Source: Phoronis australis (taxonomy: Eukaryota > Animalia > Phoronida). Taken from it: 64,000 nucleotides of DNA. The notes below the pieces were generated by a model. It worked only from the letters and a program-made list of their open reading frames with translations, was not told the origin of the DNA and searched no databases. Position 1 is the stretch's first letter; each line of letters opens with the position of its first letter. The position numbers and the translations under genes are program-made. The stretch lies in contig NMRA01000315.1 in the NCBI GenBank assembly GCA_002633005.1, positions 1 to 64,000 of the forward strand, in the 5' to 3' direction. Shown piece after piece: positions 26,521-40,800 of this stretch.

Positions 26521-29500
26521 GGCGTGTAGTTCACAATTCTTACTTATACCGTGCCATACTAACGCGATGCTTTCAACTGCACTGTTATACTTTATACGCT
26601 GTTTCTGTACATATGGACTGAGGTCTATGTGTAGGAATATATTAAACTACTCAGTACAAGTATGTGTAGGCTGCATTCTGTTTTCTATTCTTAAAAAACG
26701 AACACATTTCAAGCTGTTTTGTATTTGGTAGAAAATTCCTCGAAATTTGATGTACATCTTATAGATATTAGTCCCAGACGAAAAAATCAACATTGGCATT
26801 AGTACTGAGATTAGAACTTTTTCCTACAGTCATAAGACAAAAAGCAACAGACTATTGGCCGTAGCAACTTCTGTTCACACACGTAGTTACGCCGTGTCAA
26901 GTTCCTCCGTGTCAGCTGATCCGTGGAAACGGCACTTAAGTGTATCTACGTTCCAACATTAGCTCAGTGCTGGGTTTAAACTCTGATCACAAGACAATGC
27001 TTCATTTTACGTCTTAGCTATGGGCGGAGCTAGAGGCGTAACGTGTCTATAAATTCCTATTTATGGACACGCTTCTGGTAAAAATCTTGTGGAACACAGT
27101 TTGGGCTGCATTTTTACAAATCAAAACCTTACCTTAGTTGCAGTGCACAATCAGCAAGAGTAAGTTTTAAAAGACAGTGCGACTGTGCTTTTCTCATGGC
27201 TACTGGCGAATCCGATCGATTCACAAAGTTTATTCGCAGTATTTACCGGGGATTTTGTATTTTCTACAATAACATTGAGCTAAGGGCGTAACGGCCGGTT
27301 ACCTTCAAACACTAAATCCACGCCCAGGTAAAGCATACAGGTCGCCGGCTAGTCATGACTCACGGACGGAGGTCAGTCCTACGCCGGTTCGTGGTCGTTC
27401 TAACAACTGAATGACAAATTATGTGACATGATTTGTTGCAATTCAAAACAATTGTTGAATGCCTTTGCTACAAACATTTTAGTTCATTTTTCGATTGGGA
27501 ACAACTCGCAACGTTTTGCAAAATAATTGTAAGGTTACTTGTCCAAAGACTTGATACGCTATCTGCATATTTAATAAACGGATACGACATCAAGACCAAA
27601 TTTCCTTTTTTCATGGGTTTAACAAGAACACTCAAGAAAATTTAATCCGCTCTTTTATCAGCGAGTTACATTCTTTGCCACAAACATCGTATGCGCGCCA
27701 TTGGATCACGCCGACAGCCGACTGGATGACCGAACGCTACACAACATTTTATGGTCGACCGGACAATAGGTCGGAAAAGTATTCGACCAATTTGCAACAG
27801 AATTTGTTTGTTGTCGTGTTGTATCCGTTCACGGCTGCTGATAAGAACTCCGACCTAGCTATATCTGGCTTGGTCGCAGCGTCCTCATTTGAGTGAAATC
27901 ATCAAATGTTACCCACTGTAGTTCAATGAGCCCCTGCAACTAAGTTAGCGTGCAGCCACGGAAACAAAACGAGAACCGCATTGACTGGCCGTACAGTATA
28001 GACCTTATTTATGTATGGCATTGAGTCGAGAGGCAAAATTCAATCGCTGTAGGTTTTTTCGATAGTTTGTGACGGTCACGTGAACAGAAGAGAGGAGGAT
28101 ACGTTTCGTACAACAGCGAAAGTAGAACTTTACCTTTTTCTCAAAAAACGCGGCTGATAAATCGCCGGTCAAGAAAGAACCAACACGTCGAAACAACTAT
28201 TCTAACTAGCGGAAGTGCAATGATTTATAAATTGTTCTCAATTACATGTACCTCTTGCTAAAAAAACGAATTTGATTGAAGTGGTCTGTTAGCAAAGTTT
28301 ACCAACTAAAAAAGAATCTTCATTGCCATTGTAGAATGATAATCTGTGCAAATGAATAACTGAACAGAGTACAGATCCAGACATGTACAACTATTACACT
28401 GTAGCAAGAGTGTGTTGGTAAAGTATGTTTAACAGTCAAACTGAGTTTAAATTTTGCTGAAAGCTAAGGGTCTACACGTACGTCATACCTGTTCGCGCCT
28501 TTCTGCCTGCACAGCTATTCACGTACCTTGTACAGCTGTCCCACTTGAGTTGTTAGTACAAGTTATCTTTCCGTCAATGATAAGTTAAATCACTAAGACC
28601 AAATTAACTCAAAGACCCCTCATAATCGCTCGATAAGAAATCTCGACCATAATTATCACTAGCCAAACAGTCGTTTTAGGTTCCGATGTTCTCCCGCACG
28701 CAAGCTTGCTTTGAAGTTGTATTGGCTCACTGATGATACATCGGGATGGTTGGCCTTCAGAAAGCCACAGATTTCAATGTTGTGGTTGGCTAAGTATGAC
28801 GGGGAGCTCTGTTTACAGCAGCCCTTTATTATTATAAATGCTTTTGTTTTTGTTAATTAACGGTCTTCTTCTTCTCCCCTTTCTTTGTCTTGTAAGAACC
28901 GGACCGAGGTGCACTACCAGATAATAAGCGTATCTACAAGTTCTCCGGTATTTGTCACACTTTCCAGCAGGCATATGACATTCCTGTGGGTCACTATTTC
29001 ACCAGTAATGGATACAGGCACTGCTTCTTTCCCCCAAAAATGTACACACGCCCGCACAAAGACACATGCTTAATAAGTATAGTCAAACTATGGCATGTAT
29101 GTTAATGACTTCGTACCGGGTGACCGTTTTGACATAGGCCTACGCAAGGCAATCAATTTCAAACTCAGTAACCTGGAGTTTGTATTCAGAATTAGACCCT
29201 AATTAGCATAAATTAGAAATGTTTATATCTGACGAACCACTTGACAGTATCTGATACCCTGAGTAAATTTTTATGCTTACCATCGTTTCCGTTCTTTTGA
29301 TATTTTCAAGGTCAGTCAAGGTCAAAGTTACGAGATGTACATGTACTGATTTCCCAATACTTCAATTGTTAACAGTTACAGCTAGTAAGACAAGTATGTT
29401 AGTGTTAGCTGAAATTGATATTATTCGTAGAAATAGCCATTTGAGATGCTTTTTCGGTCCTCATAGAGGGTAAGCAATTTTATCCTCAAGCCTGATTTGC

Positions 29501-30113
29501 TTGCGTACTACGTTCTGATAAACCTACACTGTATGTTGTTTATACTCATTCATTAATGTTCGCTTGGGGTATTATTAAGTTCGTTGTGGCCACGCACTGA
29601 AAAAGTGCACTTTCAAAGTACGGCTCCGATGTCTCTGATACACTTCCTTAAACTTCCATGGGTACCCGAGTTCATTCTACCGACGGGAAATAAATGTAAA
29701 CAGCTCAAACTCCACGGGAAGCGCCAAAATTCACAGAAACACCGGTTTCTTAGAGATTGGCAGAAGCCAAGTGTCATTGGCTGTATAGGGTAGGATGCAT
29801 AGAGATTTTCGCGAATTTCAACCTCCATCAAAGTTCACGTGAGCATTATCAATTTCTTACAAATTAATTCATAATAGTAAAAAACTAATCTATGAATCAG
29901 CCTTAGTTTACATACTATGTCATCTCATGGCAACACAACTGCCTGTTGTTAAGAGGTAATACTTTTGCAAGACAATTCCTAGCGCATATAAATGTACCTG
30001 AGAATTAACCGAGAGAGCACAAGACATGAGGTTTGAGGCTACCCTATAGAAATTTTCAGATTTGGAGATCTGGTTACTCAAGTGGTACCAGTGAGTTTAT
30101 GAGTTTATCTTGC

Positions 30114-30271
30114 CAGGGCGGATCCAGGATTTAAAGAAAGGAGGACTCAAATCAAGGATTTTTAAAGGGAAGTCCAAGTCGATATTTTGGAAATTCTGGA
30201 TTCGTTATCCCTAAAATCAAGGGAAAAGTGGGGGATCCGCACCCTTTTGACTCCGTCTGGATCCGCCTATG
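30114..30271. mobile_element. MITE with 5-bp TSD CTTGC
   Basis: cttgc|cagggcggatccag ... ctggatccgcctatg|cttgc. Confidence 0.82.
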
Positions 30272-33200
30272 CTTGCATTCCAAAAATCGCACTTTGAGCA
30301 CTTTAATTCGTTTCAAATGTGCTCGTACACTCAACTATCAATTTGAGACATGAGTCCTATTATATGTTTGTTGGCATAACCATCACAGCAAAACTGGGTC
30401 CATGATAATAACAAAATACTAGCCGCAACAGCAGCAGTAACGCGACAATAATACGAGTAATGCTTGACAGTTTTGATGTTGACGAAAACATGTTGACTAG
30501 GAATAAAGACTGATAAAATTTTAAACTTCATAGGGATGGTCCACGAAATAGAAAACGCTGTCAAATTAACAAGTTTAAGGCGTGTGTGATATTAACAAAG
30601 GCTGGTGTCCAACACTTTTTAAAGTGAGCCGACAAAAATTGTCGATGAACATCATGACCTGGTGACTCACGCAAAATCTGTGGAAAAGCATGTCAGTTAA
30701 CAAATACGAGCACGCAGAAAATTTTATCAATTTCTTTTGTATAATTGCATTCTTTCTCTGTTTCAATACCACCTGACAAATCACTTTCACGAAATTATTA
30801 ATAGCATTTGAAGTTGGACAGAATTCGAAGTTATAAACTCATGATGCGACCGAGTCAGCAACTATCCATTTTGACCGCTCATTTGCTGTGACAACGCGAT
30901 TTTATTTTCGTTTAAAAACATTTTGTGAAGTAATGCAGATTTAATTGTGTTTCATCGAAATCCCAGTTTCCGCCGTCCCGGATGACCGAGGCGAAGCCGA
31001 GCTTATGATCACAAGTTATATAGGGAATTTTAATTCCTAAAAAACAAACACATTCAGCGAATGTAAAGTAAAAAATGTACATCAATCCGTGCTGCTTTTG
31101 TGCGACTCAACAAAGTGTTTGTTCAACAGGTGCTTATTCATATACTATTTACAATTGACAATGGGTTTCACAGCGTAGTCCGCCAAGCTTGCGAGTCTCG
31201 GGAGTTGACCTGTGCATCAAGCGCGACCCAGTTCAAGTCCAATGAACTCGGAAGTTCAAATTTTTACTCGGATTGCAGCTCCAATATAAGGGTAATTATA
31301 TTTCACAATGTCCATTCCACTTTAGCGAGAACTCAGCATCAAAAAATTGTCTATTTAGTATATTCTGCCGTCCGTGTGGCAACCAGATCAAGGCCCTAGT
31401 GTCTACTTGAAGCTCACAGTTGGTTGGGCTATACTTATTGCGGTGGTATGCTTCGCCAAAAGTGTAGTCGAGAAGTCCATCTACGTTTGGTAAACATGCC
31501 TTTGTAGTACTATTGTTTTTAGAGTAGTTACCTTTGGCTTATGACCTTGTAAGAACCCATAGAATATCCCACCCGAGCCAGTGATACTTACTACAGCACA
31601 CCACCAGATGTCGCTACAAACAAAACTCTTTTGTTTTGGAGACCGACTTGTAGTGTTGACTGTCGAATATTTTCGTAAAAAAGGTTTACGACCGAACCTG
31701 TCGTATTTGGGTATGTTTTTTAGTGATATGATGAGTTCTAGAGTGTGGCTTTGGTAGTTTTAACTACAGTTATTTGACCTGACCTCAATAACGAGATAAA
31801 ACACTGGCACTTTTTTCAGGCCGATCGGTAGACGGTGGTGCAAAGAGGCGAATTTGGCCACTTTGCTAAACCTGTTACCCCAGTGTTACCTGGCAGGGGC
31901 TGCACTTCTCGCAGAAAATGTTTATGTGTTTAATTTATAACACAGGAAAGTTCCTTAGTAACTCGAGTATAATTTCTCGAGATGGCTTGGTTTTGATTCT
32001 ACTCAAAAATGAACATTTAGCACGTGTTTTCAAGTTCGACTCGTGTGAGACTGATTTCGAGTAGAAATTCCCCGAGTCTTTAGACTTGAGTTTGACATTC
32101 CGTCATTAATCACCGGGCCCTGAACTTGAATCGAGCAAATCACCAAGCGATGCATGTGCGTGTTGTAAACATACTATTTTGAAGTTGCCGTCAAACTTTT
32201 CTTTGTTGTACAAAGTGGGAGAGTGATGCAGGAAAATTTTGCCCATTTTTTGCTAGTTTCAAGTGGCTGAGTCGCCTGAGTGTAAGGTAAGGAACCAGGT
32301 AGGAACGAGTCATTTCAGTGAATGTTGAAGTTGAAAAAATTTACAAAGGGTTAGACATGCTAAATTTTTCTCTTTTGTCGCAAGTAGAATGCAAGTAATC
32401 ACACTGTTGTTGGCGAACTGAGGGAACGAGCTTCTCCTAACAGGGCCCTGGTTCACCTTCATGGGGGGATTTATTCTATGCTGAATAAATCATTGCCTGT
32501 GTGCATTATGTGTGATTTTTAACTACTTTTTGACTGGGAATAGTGGCAATACCCGGTTCCAAAATCAAAGGACCAGGAGCCCTGCTTATATTTCCACATT
32601 ATTCACTACTAGTAGCTGTGTTTTGACGTTCAGTCATAATGTTAAATAGAGGGTTGCACTCACCAAAAGTGTATTTGAAAGCAAAACTTTGCATATGTAA
32701 CAAAATATGTGTGTAGTGGAAACACATTTGCGGGTAAACTATTTTTTCCCTGCATCAGACGCTCTTTATGTAAACTTGAGTAGGCGAGCAGCTGCTTACG
32801 TTGACAATCTAAATCTCTTTAAAACAATTTGTAAGTGCAGGATTGGTGGACCAACTAGTCTCTCGGCAAAGTGTGATCTTTGGCGATTTCATTCAAATAT
32901 ATTTTGCCTTCTAAATTAAATGAAAGTTAAAACAACTGCACTTCAGCTGACGATCAAAATTATTGCATTGATTAGGTGGCATCACCATTGCTGTTTATGT
33001 GAACATCATGTCTTGGTTGTTGTCATGACGTCAGAACGCTTATTTTCCTCGTCAGTCTTCTTAGTTCTATATTCTATTGTGGAAAGTGCCACTCTTCGGA
33101 GCGCTTTCAACCTATTTCTTTACTGTTGAATAATATTCGTTGTTTTGTTTTTGTTATGATTTAGTTTAGCATTCTTTTATTTTTTTTTCTGCCTGTGCAC

Positions 33201-33467
33201 TGTGGGTGACCAGTGTTTTGTACTATAAGTACTTCCCAGAATTAATTCAATATAACATAAGCAATTATAAATGGGGTTTCTTTCATGAAAAAATGATAAA
33301 ATGAATTATCACTTGTCCACCATATTTCATACTATTGATTTTACCTTTTTATCTTTGAGCAATTCATGACAGTTTTGATATGATGATCATTTTAATGAAA
33401 CAGGTGTTTATGTACCAGACATTGTATTTTAAAACTGATTTATCTGACATCTAATTTCAGGTTGAAA

Positions 33468-33698
33468 ATGCCACTAGAAAACAAGCCCACCTTTAAGGAA
33501 GTCCTTCCCAAGCAAGGAATCATATACCAAGAAGAGACACCGTCAACTGTGCTCTGTAAGCCCAAGTTGATGCCACTCAAGTCGGTAACTCTTGAAAAAC
33601 TGGACAGGATGCAAAAAGAGGCCCAAGAGACTGTCAAACAACAGGAGAAAGAGGCAGAGCAACAACAGGCTGCCATGGGAAATGAGTTGCAGTATTAG
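33468..33698 (+). CDS. BBIP1: BBSome-interacting protein 1 (76 aa, single coding exon)
   Basis: EVLPKQGIIYQEETPSTVLCKPKLMPLKSVTLEKLDRMQKEAQETV matches the BBIP10 family signature. Acceptor ctaatttcag ends at 33460, then gttgaaaATG. Candidate 5' UTR donors lie near 31,711 and 32,287. Confidence 0.93.
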   Translation: MPLENKPTFKEVLPKQGIIYQEETPSTVLCKPKLMPLKSVTLEKLDRMQKEAQETVKQQEKEAEQQQAAMGNELQY

Positions 33699-36600
33699 GG
33701 GGAAACAACAGAGGGACAGTGCTCAGTCTTGTGGCAGTCAACTCAGCTGGATGAATTATTGTATTGTGTTGTGTTCATAATGACTGGGTGGTGGAACCAC
33801 AAGAGTCTGCTAATGGGATGTTTTAAACATGCAAGTGGTGAAAATTGGCAGTTAACAAGAATTTCTTCAGTTGTATGGCCTAAACATTGAACTCGTGAAG
33901 TCAGCCGACTACCTCTAACAGCCAAGTCTCATATTTTTCCATGTACCATCAAACATAGCCCTTATATCACCAGTGATTGGTATGAAGTGATGTCAATTTT
34001 GGAAGGATTGGTCAAACCTGTAAAAACAGGTGCCGTTTTGTCAATTTTTTACATAAACGCAGATGTTTGATTGATCTGGTTTGGGACATAAATCATTTCA
34101 TGATGAAATGGTTTGAGATCTGTTGTTTGTGCTTGAGTATGCTGGTTGGCAATTTTTGCTTTAGGCAGTCAGTGAGAAGGGAAATAGATGTATTACCCAA
34201 TGTCTTCAACGTACTCTGCCACGAGCAGAGCAGATGAGTCCAGGCAAACCTGAAAGTCTTACTTTGAATGTGTGCAGACTTACATGTATGACTAAATCTT
34301 TATCCCAAAAGAGGTCACCGGTGTGCTTCTGATGGAGTGCAAGTAATGCTGACTTGACATTAACCTCTGGAACTGAATGAGTTAATGAGTTGTCCACTAT
34401 GTGTTTGAAAGTACAACACTAGGGAATATTATGCGATTTCTGCTTTCAATGGATGTGGACCACGGTAGAGAAGATTTGTTCAAGATGCTGACGGTGCTGT
34501 TTAGTGAATTGGGGCATGGCAAAACTCAAGTTATTAATTGTCAGTACACTTTTATGACTTGGAATCTCATGTGTGTGGTTCCTGTTTCATGCCTTTGTTC
34601 AGCTGGCAGACCGAGTAGACCGAGATAAATCAGCACCATTGTGATGAATATGTCTATTTGAGAGACTATCCTATGGCGACACCTATTGGGGGTCTCTTTA
34701 ACTATAACAGCTATGCTCATGGAACACTACCTTAATGTTCATGGTACAAGGCTGGATTACATCATGCAACAATGAAACAACATTACTGCTCTATATCTGA
34801 CAAATGCATTCTTGTAGTTTCATAGAACTGTTGCCACGCAGAAAGCCCTATATTGACAAGCAATGTTCAGTTCCTAATCTTCCAATAACAGAAAGGAACA
34901 CTATTTACAGGCCTCATCTGGTGAATATCCAGTTTCTCATTAGTGAAGGTTTCTTCATGGAAATCTTATTATGTTGAAAACATTATCTTATATTTTTGTA
35001 TGTTGCCATGAAAATCAGTAGTCCAATTTTATTTATATCTCTACACAAATGTGTACTAAACTTTCTTCTCTTAGGATGTGACTTATAGAAATGGCTAGTA
35101 GTGCAATGTCTCCGGTTTAACAGTGAAGATGAAAACTTCACTCTGTGAGTTCATCCTCAACCGAGATCCACTATTCTCCTCAGTAAGGTAGAGTTGTAAA
35201 TTATTTGATCACTCTCATTCATTCATTGATCTTTGAATCTGTCTTGTATTAATTTTTTATAATTAAATTTTGTTTGTAATTTGTCCTTTTCCCCACAGCA
35301 GAATTCAATCTAAATCACACGCAGGAAACCCATTGTTTTTGTTGTTATCCCTACTAGGATTAGAATCTTACGATATTTTGCAGTGTTGTAACACTGATAA
35401 TCAAGACCCGCATCTGGTTTATTCTCTTCCTTTGTGTAAAAATGACAGAATTTGCTTTCAAACATGATCTGTCAGTTATTTTGCTATCAAACACTGTCAG
35501 TCATTGTATTTGCTCAATTAAAGTGAATGCAGATACTGGAAGCAGGCCTATCGCTGGGTCGTTTATGTTTCTTTGACTTTTAAGGGCCAGGGGAACACTA
35601 TAATTTTAACTACTTTTTCTGTTAAAATGTTGAGTACATCTCTATTACATAGATACTGCAAATTTCTAGTAAGTTAGTCGCTAAAAACATTGGGTTTCCA
35701 CTTAATAGCTGTTTTTTTCAAAATTAAAGCATATTACAGATTAATTGAGGCACATTTTACTGCTCCGTTCTCCGGCTCGAAACATGGGTGTTTGGAGATA
35801 GTAACGCAAAAAAAGATCAAAATCAGTGAAAAACACTGATAGCAGTGAGTAATAACAATGGATCTTTATTTATGCAATGACAATAAACAGATGTTTGTTT
35901 ACACTCAGTTACAACGTGGCATGATCAACCATGAAAGTTGTGTTTTATTTGTATACAAATAGTTAAATGGTTACAGTCGAAATATCTTCTAGGTAATGGA
36001 TACATACATGTAATACAAGGGTGCATTCGGTAGACTCAAGAGACATTACCCAGCATGCACTAGCACTGGGAAATCTTTACGAATGAAGCGGAGACCGTGA
36101 ATTCTATCCCATGTTTCAACATTCCAAATGCCCTGTCCAATCATTTCAGTGGCGGCCATTTTGCTAGATTACACTAGGAGAAAAGTGAGTTCTTGGGTTT
36201 ACTTACGAAACACTCTCCTTTCACTTCGGTGCATGATCTCACCTTTTCTCAAGTTTCTCGCATCTACACAACACTTCCCAGATGGTCTTAGTAACTCTTT
36301 CACTTTATAACTGGGCAGCCACAATGGAGAATGAGAAAATTTCATTGAAGACAACACTCCTGCTTAGTCGTGGACCAAAGCTTGACCTGGGCAATAATGT
36401 GAACTAAAATAAAATATTAAATATACGGTGTTGAAGTCTTAAAGGGACACTATTGGTGAAAAGTGATTCTCTGAGATCGGTCTCAGCTGGTAATCTAAGT
36501 TGCAACCTCGGCAGTCTCTGTGGATGAGCAGTAGGCTACATACTCCATGAAAATGATACAACTGCCTTAAATAACTTAGTGACAATAATAATGACGAATA

Positions 36601-37857
36601 ATATATTACATTCTCCCTTGTAAGCATAGACACCCTTATAAACGAGCCCAGCTGTTTAAAGACTTAGTAAAGTAAACATGTTGGCCTTTTCGAGTGTTCC
36701 CTCAGTTTTTGAGAAATACTGTGTACTTTGGGATCTAAATGTGGAAAAATTGAGGATTACATTAATCTTCTCACAGAATAGATGTATGACGATGTATTGA
36801 GTAATTGATGAAAACATGAATTACAATACTGCCATTAATGTTGGCCAATTACATAGCTTAGTTTTAGAACGACATGTACAATGGTTCTCCGAGGACGTTT
36901 TCAGTAACAAAGAAACACTGACTTGTATTTACTTTGTATTTTAACCCCCAAGAACAATTCAGCGATTACAACCTTACTCAGACCAATCACTACAATAACC
37001 TATGAATGTAAAGCTTGCCATCACCACCAGGTGGCGTATGTGACCAACAAGCCCTGAAAAAAGAGGCTCCAACAAGGACAGAAACCTGTTCAGTAGAAAC
37101 TTTGGTTTGATTGAATGGAGTGTTGAGTGACTTAACAATACATACTAATGCTGGTCACTACAAAGGTGACATGGATCTGCCGGTCTTAGTACACAGTACA
37201 TCAGTGTATTCTGGTCCAAGATCTAGTCATTCGTGTGCAGCCAAGTGTTCACCGAAACCTGTTGTCCTTTATGATCACTAGGGCGTTTCTTCATTAAGCA
37301 CAGAGCATCGCACACAGCATTGCGTCTTTGAATCCCTTAAAAGGCATTATGTAGACCCGACTCAGCACTGTCTTTAAGATCTTTACCACAACTAAATCAA
37401 AATGTTTTGTGAACTACACCATGTCATGCCAAGTTTGCATCAAGTTTAAGAATTCCCTTCAAAACCTGCACAATTGAAATGTCTCATAATGGCACTGTGG
37501 TAAGACGGCTCTGATGGCAGTCGCACAAAGTTGACCCCAATCAATTACACTTAGTTATATGTAGGCATTAAAAATAAAATCCGTATTCTAAATACCTAAT
37601 CCAATATACTTCTAATACCCACGATCTGCCACACTTGATTTAACACCCACTATCTTGTCTTCTGAGTTACTTTTAAATTTGAATGCCTTGGATGTTCACC
37701 TCGATGGATGGAGTAGCTTCACAACTTTAGTAAAATAGTTGATGTTAACATCTCCAGGTATCCTTGGTAATCTGTATCCAAATTTTGTGAATTGAAACAC
37801 TAGTGATGGTCAGTCCTACAGTGTGTGAATACACTTAGCGAATGACACCAGACTGTC

Positions 37858-40800
37858 TCATAAATGTGTGCCCATCTCTCGTAATTTCTTTATTCGCTTC
37901 CACGTTCCCGTGGTATAGTTCATTTGAAAGAACGTGTCGGCCATCATTTCCCGGAATGAACCGTCCAATTGTGTCACTTTTTCTACTTGCTCATTCAGCC
38001 GTATGTTAACGATATCACCCTGTTGTGGGCAAGGATTGTCTGAAATAACGACAAACAAAAGTTGAAGCATAGCTAGTCTTGAGAATGACTATCAATTTAA
38101 AAGTGCATGCTGTAGTTTTCAAAAAAAATGTACATTGTCCAATTTTGATAATAGTTGAAATGCTTGAAAATTTGTATTGCATTGGGGACTCAAAATCATG
38201 TATGCCTTTGGAAATTTATCGAGAAAAAGTTACATTTCATTGCTACAGAATAAAAAGGACTGGTAATGAAGTATATCAAATCGACAGAACTTAACATAGT
38301 TTTGTTGAAGTGTGTCTAGATTATTTTCAAAGCTACACTAAAATCTATACACAAACAGCAATAGCACCTTTACAATCAACAAAGAGAAAAAGGAAAAAAC
38401 TTTTAAAAACGAGCCGCAAGACTTCTTGTACCCCTACCACTTCATTCTGATGTTAGATTTCTCAATCTTTGAAGTCGTGTCAGAGTTCGTCAAAACAGAA
38501 AAGAAATAAACTTGACGACATATTTTCCTGTTCACAACTCACAAAGTTCCTCAGGCAAAAGTTCCTACATGACCAAATAACCTGTGAACACAAAGTCAAC
38601 ATATGAAAAAAACACACACACTGAATAACCAACTGTAACCGTACCTCTTGAACCTGCCATGAAACCCAATATGAGTGCCTTCTCTGGTCGGGTGACTTTA
38701 TTTGAGTTCCTAAACATATCCTGGGCTTCTAACATTTGTTCTCTCTGTGGAAACAACAGCATGGTTACTGATAGTTCAACGCTTCCACATCCAAATCACA
38801 AAACAAGTTCAACTAACTGGCGGATACATAATATTGAAAAGCTCTTCATATACAGTCAATGAGCTACACAGCAGTTAATGTTTTCAGTTATGGGCTCTAT
38901 AGCCTTAGTCAACTAATGATGTGGGTGGGTGGGTCACCCGTCCAACCCATTCACATCATTAGTTTGTCAAAGACTGTAGAACTCGTAGCTGAAAACAATA
39001 ACGGGTACGAAACTCATTGACTGTGTAGGAATAACTTTTCAATATATAAGTTCAACACTTCACTTACCTTTTTACAGATAACGAGAGACATCATGTACAC
39101 ACAGGGATCCCAGAAGTCCCTGCTCACAGGATGCTCATGCATCGAATTTTATCCGTTAAGTCAAGTGCACATCAATGCTGCATTGTAGAATATAACGTTG
39201 AGTTACACAGTAAAAACTGTCATGCTTTAAAGGGCATTTGGATGCTACTAACGAAAGTATAGCAGGAACTAAATGGTAAAACTATTTTAACATATCTTTT
39301 ATAAACCAAGCTTCAGATGTTCAACAGATGCAGAACAAAATTCTCACCGTGAGAGATAAACCTTTTTTTGGGGGGTTTTGTTGAGGCGTTGTTTGAGATT
39401 GCGGGTTGGCTTCTGTGCTTTGAATCCTTTGCTGTGATTGGTCCACTGGTTGAGGTGGGATGGGTTGTAACCTTGGTTGTGACTGGCCCAGTTGTTGCTG
39501 TAACTGCTGTTGTAAGTTTTCTCTGGCTTGCTGAGTGGCCGAGGAGACTATAGATGCTATTTTGGGAGAAAAAGTAAAGAGGTCAGACAAGGCAGTAAAG
39601 GCTCTCCACCATGAACCTGATTGTAACAATCAGCCACTGTACACACCATGAACATGCTAGAGTTATGTCACCATTAGGGCAACCTACCATACTCGTCCAG
39701 GTTACTGCCCACGGCGCTTAAATCAATTCTGGCGGTAAGCCGAGCATGGGCGGTAACCAGGACAGGTACGGAAAGTAATGGTGTACCAGCCTGCATGAAG
39801 ACGGCCTCATCTTAGCAGAATCAGGAGAAGGGGATAATGGATAAAATGTCAATTCTATCCAAAACGACCAGAAACGGACATTACAGTACACACTAAAATC
39901 GGCCAAAACAGTGTGAATTCACAGTTGCGATCGCTGAACGTAGGCAGAATTCCCCGCGAAGTGCAAGCAGGTAATTCGCTGTCCTGACTGTAAAGTAACT
40001 GGAATGGCAAGTCATAACAGTGATTGCCTACCATAATGTGGAAATGGAATTCTGTCCTATTACTTCTGAGGTGCGTGTGTGGCACAGGCACAGGCACAGA
40101 AAACTTATTTTTGATGTCCATGTATTATACCACAGCCACAAAAAACTAATTCGCCAGTAGTCAGCACAGCCTGTTGAAGTCATCATGTAGTCCAATCTGT
40201 CATCAATACATGCAGACTCAAAATGACTGTACACTACATTCTAGATACAGTTGAGAACGATCAATATGAAGGTTTACAAGCTCACAGACAGTATCTCCTG
40301 CACTTACTGGGGAGGGTAGCTGATCCTCCGATGCTTGGATTTGGTAAGCGATTTACAGTGGCAGGGAGATAGCTTGGACCAGACTGAAACACAAAATGGA
40401 TTAAACAAATCTTTTACTAGTTTTTTAACCAAACAATCACAAAGAATTTTAACATTTAAACAAGGTAAACATTCGTAAGGAAAATTGTTTGCTGCGAGTG
40501 ATTCAAGGATAATACCTGTTATGTTGAAATCCAAACATCAAGAAAGTAATAGATTTTCAGTTGCTTAATATCATTTTTACAAGATGAGTGAACATGACAA
40601 AAAGATTCAATTAACTTCTAGGTCACTATTTTCAGAAATAGTGAATTTCACCAAAACCCTACCAATTTTAGACTAAGGAAAGCATAAAATTGTAAAGGAA
40701 ATCAAGAAAACTATAGAATTAGCCATAACTTTTTATTCCAAAACTTTCCCCTCTCATCGTTTATTAACACTCCAGTACTGTGATACTAACTTGCGTATTA

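Noticed and set aside
31885-31899. ttacctggcagggg resembles the U1 snRNA 5' end
   Set aside because: Only about 14 nt match, and the following sequence lacks U1 stem-loops and an Sm site. It is simply the complement of a donor-like sequence.
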